A program made the translations under genes and the position numbers. A stretch of 64,000 bases of DNA from an uncultured Gammaproteobacteria bacterium. GTDB taxonomy: Bacteria > Pseudomonadota > Gammaproteobacteria > UBA9214. Below, one piece after another: positions 59,401-64,000 of the stretch (its first letter is position 1; each line of letters begins with the position of its first letter). The notes beneath the pieces are model-generated. The model made no database searches. It was not told where the DNA came from and worked only from the letters and a program-made list of their open reading frames with translations. Location of the stretch: the NCBI GenBank assembly GCA_963753755.1, contig CAVWDM010000013.1, forward strand, positions 281,055-345,054, in the 5' to 3' direction.

Positions 59401-59802
59401 CTACTTGTCATCCTTGTCCAGGTCCAGTGATACGGAATTTATGCAATAGCGCAGCCCGGTCGGTGCCGGCCCGTCTTCAAAGACATGACCGAGGTGGGCA
59501 TCACAACGGGAGCACATCACCTCGACACGCGCCATGCCGTGACTGCTGTCGGTTTCAGTCTTGATGTTTTCGCTGACGCCGGGTCGTATGAAGCTGGGCC
59601 AGCCACTGCCGGAGTCGTATTTATCGCTGGAATGAAACAGCGGCGTACCGCAACAGATACAGTTGTAGACACCACTGTCCTTGCAGTCATGGTATTCCCC
59701 GCTGAATGGCCGTTCCGTACCCTTGCGGCGGGTGACCAGGTATTGATCCTCTGTCAGCTGTGTCTGCCACTCGCTGTCAGGTTTTTCGATTTTTTCAGTC
59801 AT
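59401..59802 (-). CDS. msrB: peptide-methionine (R)-S-oxide reductase MsrB
   Basis: CxxC...CxxC zinc site and catalytic RYCINS motif. Start at MTEKIEK. The ORF track extends to 59922. Confidence 0.85.
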   Translation of the reverse strand: MTEKIEKPDSEWQTQLTEDQYLVTRRKGTERPFSGEYHDCKDSGVYNCICCGTPLFHSSDKYDSGSGWPSFIRPGVSENIKTETDSSHGMARVEVMCSRCDAHLGHVFEDGPAPTGLRYCINSVSLDLDKDDK

Positions 59803-60067
59803 GCTCGTTCCTGTCGTCAGCACCCGTGTAAATGCGCGGCGCATTCGCCTCCAGCCTGTGTAAAAATTCCCTTGCCGTGGCAACGCCGATTTCGGCCTCC
59901 GCGCGCGCTTGCGGGTTATCACTGTTACGCACCTCGTTCTCAGCCCAGTCGAGAAACTCCGTCACGGCCGTCATCTGTTGATCAGCAGGCAGTGACTTCA
60001 GGTAGTCACTCGGGCGTGCCTTGATGCGGTTACCTTCAATGACATCCAGGTTGAACAGGAGTTTCAT
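59795..60067 (-). CDS. small hypothetical protein (90 aa)
   Basis: ORF overlapping the msrB start by 8 nt and the upstream gene's stop by 4 nt, consistent with translational coupling in an operon. Confidence 0.45.
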   Translation of the reverse strand: MKLLFNLDVIEGNRIKARPSDYLKSLPADQQMTAVTEFLDWAENEVRNSDNPQARAEAEIGVATAREFLHRLEANAPRIYTGADDRNEHD

Positions 60068-61362
60068 TCTGTGGGTTCTCCGCCAGCTGCTTGACAGTGA
60101 TTCTCCAGCAGCTTGTGTATGCGTACGGTTTTCACCATATTGTCCTTGATCTGCACAATGTCGATCGGGTGGTTGTCGAGTAACAGGCTGGTGCCGGTTT
60201 CCGGGATGGTTTCCATGTATTCGGTGATCAGACCATTAAGTGTCTTCGGCCCATCGGTCGACAGCGACATGTCGAGGGCGCTGTTCAGGGAGCGAATGTT
60301 GATGGAGGCGTCTACCAGCCAGGTGCCGTCATCCTGTGGATGGATGTCTTCAATATGCGCGGTGGGGTCGGAGGTGAATTCACCGACGATCTCTTCGAGG
60401 ATGTCCTCCAGCGTGACCAGGCCCTGGATGTCACCGTATTCATCAACGGCAAAGCCGATGCGCCGATGTTCACGCTGGAAGTTGAGCAGTTGCCTGTTCA
60501 GGGAGGTATTCTCCGGTATATAGTAAGGCTCCCGTGCAATACCCTGCAGTGTCTCGCGGTCCAGCTGATCACGGTAGAGTAGCGGTAATACCTTGCGCAT
60601 GTGCAGGATACCGATGACATGGTCAATCGTCTCGCGATACAGCGGCAGGCGTGTGTACTGGCTCTCCATCAGCAGTTTGCGTGAGACCTCCCAGTCTGCC
60701 TCAATATCAATACCGGTCACCTCGTTGCGCGGCACCATGATGTCTTCCACTGTGACTTTCTCCAGGTCCATCAGATTGAGCAGCATGGACTGGTGACGTT
60801 TCGGAATCAGGGCGCCGGCCTCTGTCACCACGGTTCGCAGTTCCTCGGTGGTGAGCGCATCACTGCTGCCGTGTTCGGGTGAAACGCCGAGCAGTTTCAG
60901 CAATCCGTTGGCAATCCCGTTGACCACCCAGACCACCGGCCACATCAGTTTTAACAACGGCACGTAGACAAAGGCTGCCGGAAAGGCCACGCGTTCAGGG
61001 TGCAGCGCGGCCAGTGTTTTCGGTGTCACCTCGGCGAACAGCAGGATCACAATGGTCAGCACCAGGCCGGCGGCAAACAGCAGTCCTGTGTCATTGTAGA
61101 TGCGCAGGGTAATCAGCGTCATCAGGATCGACGCCAGAACGTTGACAAAATTATTACCCAGCAGGATCAGGCCGATGAGACGATCCTGCCGCTGCAGCAG
61201 TTTCTGGGCGCGCATAGCGCCGGGATGCTGCTTCTCGGCCAGGTGGCGCAGGCGATAACGGTTCAGCGTCATCAGGCCGGTTTCGGAGCCGGAGAAGAAG
61301 GCGGACAGCAGGATCAGGAATAACAGCGCTGCAAACAGCAGGCTTAGCGGGGTGTCGTCCAA
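60064..61362 (-). CDS. yfjD: HlyC/CorC-family transporter (DUF21–CBS pair–CorC_HlyC; YfjD-like)
   Basis: N-terminal DUF21 TM domain (LILLSAFFSGSETGLMTLNRYRLRHL), a CBS pair, and a C-terminal transporter-associated domain. Synteny with ypjD-ffh. Confidence 0.85.
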   Translation of the reverse strand: MDDTPLSLLFAALLFLILLSAFFSGSETGLMTLNRYRLRHLAEKQHPGAMRAQKLLQRQDRLIGLILLGNNFVNVLASILMTLITLRIYNDTGLLFAAGLVLTIVILLFAEVTPKTLAALHPERVAFPAAFVYVPLLKLMWPVVWVVNGIANGLLKLLGVSPEHGSSDALTTEELRTVVTEAGALIPKRHQSMLLNLMDLEKVTVEDIMVPRNEVTGIDIEADWEVSRKLLMESQYTRLPLYRETIDHVIGILHMRKVLPLLYRDQLDRETLQGIAREPYYIPENTSLNRQLLNFQREHRRIGFAVDEYGDIQGLVTLEDILEEIVGEFTSDPTAHIEDIHPQDDGTWLVDASINIRSLNSALDMSLSTDGPKTLNGLITEYMETIPETGTSLLLDNHPIDIVQIKDNMVKTVRIHKLLENHCQAAGGEPTE

Positions 61363-61441
61363 ACGGGGACAGCCTCCTGGTAGTTGGCAAGCCGCTATGG
61401 TACAGAAAAAACAGTCCGGCTGTCAGTGAATACGGGCGGGA

Positions 61442-62251
61442 TTACCTGCCGATAATCAGTTCCAGTACGAATTTACTGCCAAAGTAGGCAATCATCAGGA
61501 ACAGGAAACCGCCGATGGTCCAGCGGATTGCCACCCGTCCGCGCCAGCCAAATCGCCAGCGGCCCCACAGCAGGATCGCAAATACCACCCAGGCAATGAA
61601 GGATAGAATGGTTTTATGTGCCAGGTGCTGGGCGAACATATCCTCGAGAAACAGTGTGCCGCTGATCAATGCCAGCGTCAGTAGTGCAAAGCCGGCTGCG
61701 ATCATCTGGAACAGTAGCGATTCCATGGTTTGCAGGGGTGGCAGCGCGCGAATAAAACCGCCGGGATTGCGGTTGCGCAGGTGCCGATCCTGAATCGCGA
61801 GCAGCAGTGCCTGGAGGACGGCGAGTCCGAGCAGACTATAGGCCAGTAATGATGCCAGAATGTGCAGGTCCAGCTGCCAGGTGGTGATACTGCTGATGAT
61901 GTGCGGTTGCGGAAACAACATCGTCAGGCCAATGCAGAGCGCGGCGGCTGGAAATGCCGGAATCGCCAGGTTGTCGACCGGTCCGGCCAGCGTTGCCATC
62001 AGCAGTAATAGCGACGTGGTCAGGGTCACCAGGGAGGCGGCATAGAATATCCCGATATTCAGGCCCGTTGGCGTGATAATGGCCGGATACAAAATACTGC
62101 CGTGAATGATTGCCGCGGCGAGGCCGATCATCATGACCTGGTTGCGCTGGCAACCGACATCCGGTTCGCCACGCAACAGTCTTGTCAGCTGCAGCGTGCC
62201 TGCAAACAGGTACAGAAAGATCGCAAGGAGTCCGGGCAAGGTCGGTGGCAT
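61442..62251 (-). CDS. ypjD: cytochrome c assembly (CcsA-like) family inner-membrane protein YpjD
   Basis: 269-aa polytopic protein divergent from ffh, as in E. coli. Confidence 0.75.
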   Translation of the reverse strand: MPPTLPGLLAIFLYLFAGTLQLTRLLRGEPDVGCQRNQVMMIGLAAAIIHGSILYPAIITPTGLNIGIFYAASLVTLTTSLLLLMATLAGPVDNLAIPAFPAAALCIGLTMLFPQPHIISSITTWQLDLHILASLLAYSLLGLAVLQALLLAIQDRHLRNRNPGGFIRALPPLQTMESLLFQMIAAGFALLTLALISGTLFLEDMFAQHLAHKTILSFIAWVVFAILLWGRWRFGWRGRVAIRWTIGGFLFLMIAYFGSKFVLELIIGR

Positions 62252-62388
62252 GCCGGGATGATGACATAACTGCCGTTGGCATTGAAGTATTCCCTGCCGG
62301 TTGTGGCCGTGTTGCCCGGGGGGCGAATTTTATCGCTATAATTGCGACCTCATTTATTCACTGTGACGACTTCGGGGACAGTAGCGCT

Positions 62389-63751
62389 CATGTTTGACAA
62401 TCTTACAGATCGGTTGTCCAGGACCATCAAAACACTGCGTGGTCAGGGACGCCTGAGCGAAGACAATATCAAGGACGCATTGCGTGATGTCCGTATGGCC
62501 CTGCTGGAGGCCGATGTGGCCTTGCCGGTGGTGAAGGACTTTATTGACCGGGTCCGGGAGCGGGCGTCGGGGCAGGAGGTGCTGAAAAGCCTGTCACCGG
62601 GGCAACTGCTGGTCAAGGTGGTTAACGATGAACTGATCCACATGATGGGGGAGGCCAATGACGGGCTGAACCTGAGTGTACAGCCGCCCGCGGTGGTACT
62701 GATGGCGGGGCTGCAGGGCTCGGGCAAGACCACCAGCACCGCCAAGCTGGCGCGCATGCTGGGGGAGCGGGAAAAGAAATCCGTGCTGGTGACCAGTTGC
62801 GACATCTACCGGCCCGCGGCTATTGAGCAGTTGCAAACACTGGCGCGCGAGGTCGGGGCCGAATTTTTCCCCAGCCGTACCGACCAGGATCCGGTCAGCA
62901 TTGCGGAGAATGCCATCACCCATGCGCGCAAGCAGCATCTCGATGTGGTGATTATCGATACCGCCGGTCGGTTGCACATTGACGAAGAGATGATGTCCGA
63001 GATCCGCCGGGTGCACGCAGCGGTGAATCCGGTTGAAACCCTGTTCGTTGTCGACAGTATGACTGGCCAGGATGCTGCCAATACCGCGCGCACCTTCAAT
63101 GAGGTACTGCCGCTGACCGGTGTCATCCTCACCAAGGCCGACGGTGATGCGCGAGGCGGTGCCGCCCTGTCCATTCGTGCCATTACCGGCAAGCCGATCA
63201 AGTTTATCGGTGTCGGTGAAAAAACCGCGGCACTGGAGGCCTTTCACCCTGACCGTATTGCGTCGCGCATACTGGGTATGGGGGATATTCTCAGCCTGGT
63301 TGAGGAGGCGGAGCAGAAGGTTGACAAGCAGCAAGTCGAAAAACTTGCCAGGAAGATTACCCGGGGCAAGGGCTTTGATATGAATGATTTCAGCGAGCAA
63401 CTCGACCAGATGCTCAGTATGGGTGGGCTCTCCGGACTGATGGACAAGATGCCGGGTATGGGGCAGATGCCGAAGAACGCCATGATGGATGACAGCCAGG
63501 TGCACCGCATGAAGGCGATTATTAATTCCATGACGCCGCAGGAGCGCAGCCATCCGGCGGTTATCAAGGGCTCGCGGCGGCGACGCATTGCGGCCGGTTC
63601 CGGTACCCAGGTACAGGATGTGAATCGTCTGTTGAAGCAGCATCTGCAGATGCAAAAGATGATGAAAAAGATGTCCAAAGGGGGCATGGGCAAGATGCTT
63701 CGAGGCATGAAGGGCAAGATGCCGCGAGGTGGGCAGGGCTTTCCGTTCTGA
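62389..63751 (+). CDS. ffh: signal recognition particle protein Ffh (SRP54)
   Basis: N-domain, G-domain (GLQGSGKTT, DTAGR, TKADGDARGG) and Met-rich M-domain. Start at ATG 62389. The ORF track starts at 62342. Confidence 0.9.
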
Positions 63752-63767
63752 TCAAGCAGCACGCTTG

Positions 63768-63805
63768 ATACGGTGTCGCCCCGGCGAAGGCCGGGGGCCA
63801 TGATG
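63768..63805 (+). terminator. candidate terminator after ffh
   Basis: GCCCCGGC-GAAG-GCCGGGGGC hairpin, followed by a U-containing tract. Confidence 0.4.
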
Positions 63806-64000
63806 TTGTTTTACGGAATCCGGTAGTTGCCGGAATCACGGATCAGGGATTGTTCAGGTGCCCCTGATTTGACTGGCTGGGGTGGGTCTGGTCAGCGATC
63901 TCATGGATAACAGGTAGTCGTACGCGGATGGATGTTTCCGCAAATAAAAAACGGTGGCAATGCCACCGTCGAATACTGCGCTAATACGGTAATTTTACAA

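Noticed and set aside
62594-63655. 353-aa minus-strand ORF
   Set aside because: Antisense to ffh, which has unambiguous SRP54 motifs on the plus strand.

Overview
This is a roughly 57% GC proteobacterial chromosomal window, probably gammaproteobacterial; I have not determined the organism. It is a mosaic of conserved housekeeping blocks and accessory or mobile DNA. The housekeeping blocks are rnr–(ompA-like)–rlmB, rpsF–rpsR–(membrane protein)–rplI–dnaB–alr–radA, and yfjD/corC–ypjD–ffh with msrB and a hemolysin-III gene. The accessory content includes an IS91-family element carrying a tyrosine recombinase and a rolling-circle (Y2/HUH) transposase, and a complete three-ORF IS66 element. The IS66 element sits in a short accessory segment that also holds a strongly AT-rich alpha/beta-hydrolase gene and a PEP-CTERM protein, next to tRNA-Leu(CAG). 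Other operons are a four-gene AaeXAB-type efflux pump (FUSC transporter, DUF1656, HlyD-like MFP, NodT outer-membrane lipoprotein), a seven-gene MoxR/DUF58/BatA/BatB/TPR/BatD (Bat aerotolerance-type) operon, and a SulP anion transporter. PPK2, two patatin-like phospholipases and two small K+-channel-like proteins are also present. Several genes are split by apparent +/-1 frameshifts: a DEDDy exonuclease, the NhaP-type antiporter, the AaeA-like MFP and the TPR protein inside a long acidic tandem repeat. This points either to ongoing pseudogenisation in an IS-rich genome or to indel-type sequencing errors. The most unusual stretch is 52.0–56.4 kb. It begins with a terminator-ended candidate sRNA and a ~700-nt GNRA-rich ORF-free region. 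This leads into an uncharacterised three-gene operon encoding a P-loop NTPase, a MetA-family homoserine O-acyltransferase with intact catalytic motifs, and a 388-aa unknown protein. That operon converges on a divergent ClpX/HslU-like AAA+ gene paired with a patatin gene. A decayed DEDDy-exonuclease / SIR2-like fragment next to PPK2 may be the remnant of a defence locus. No CRISPR array and no rRNA were seen.
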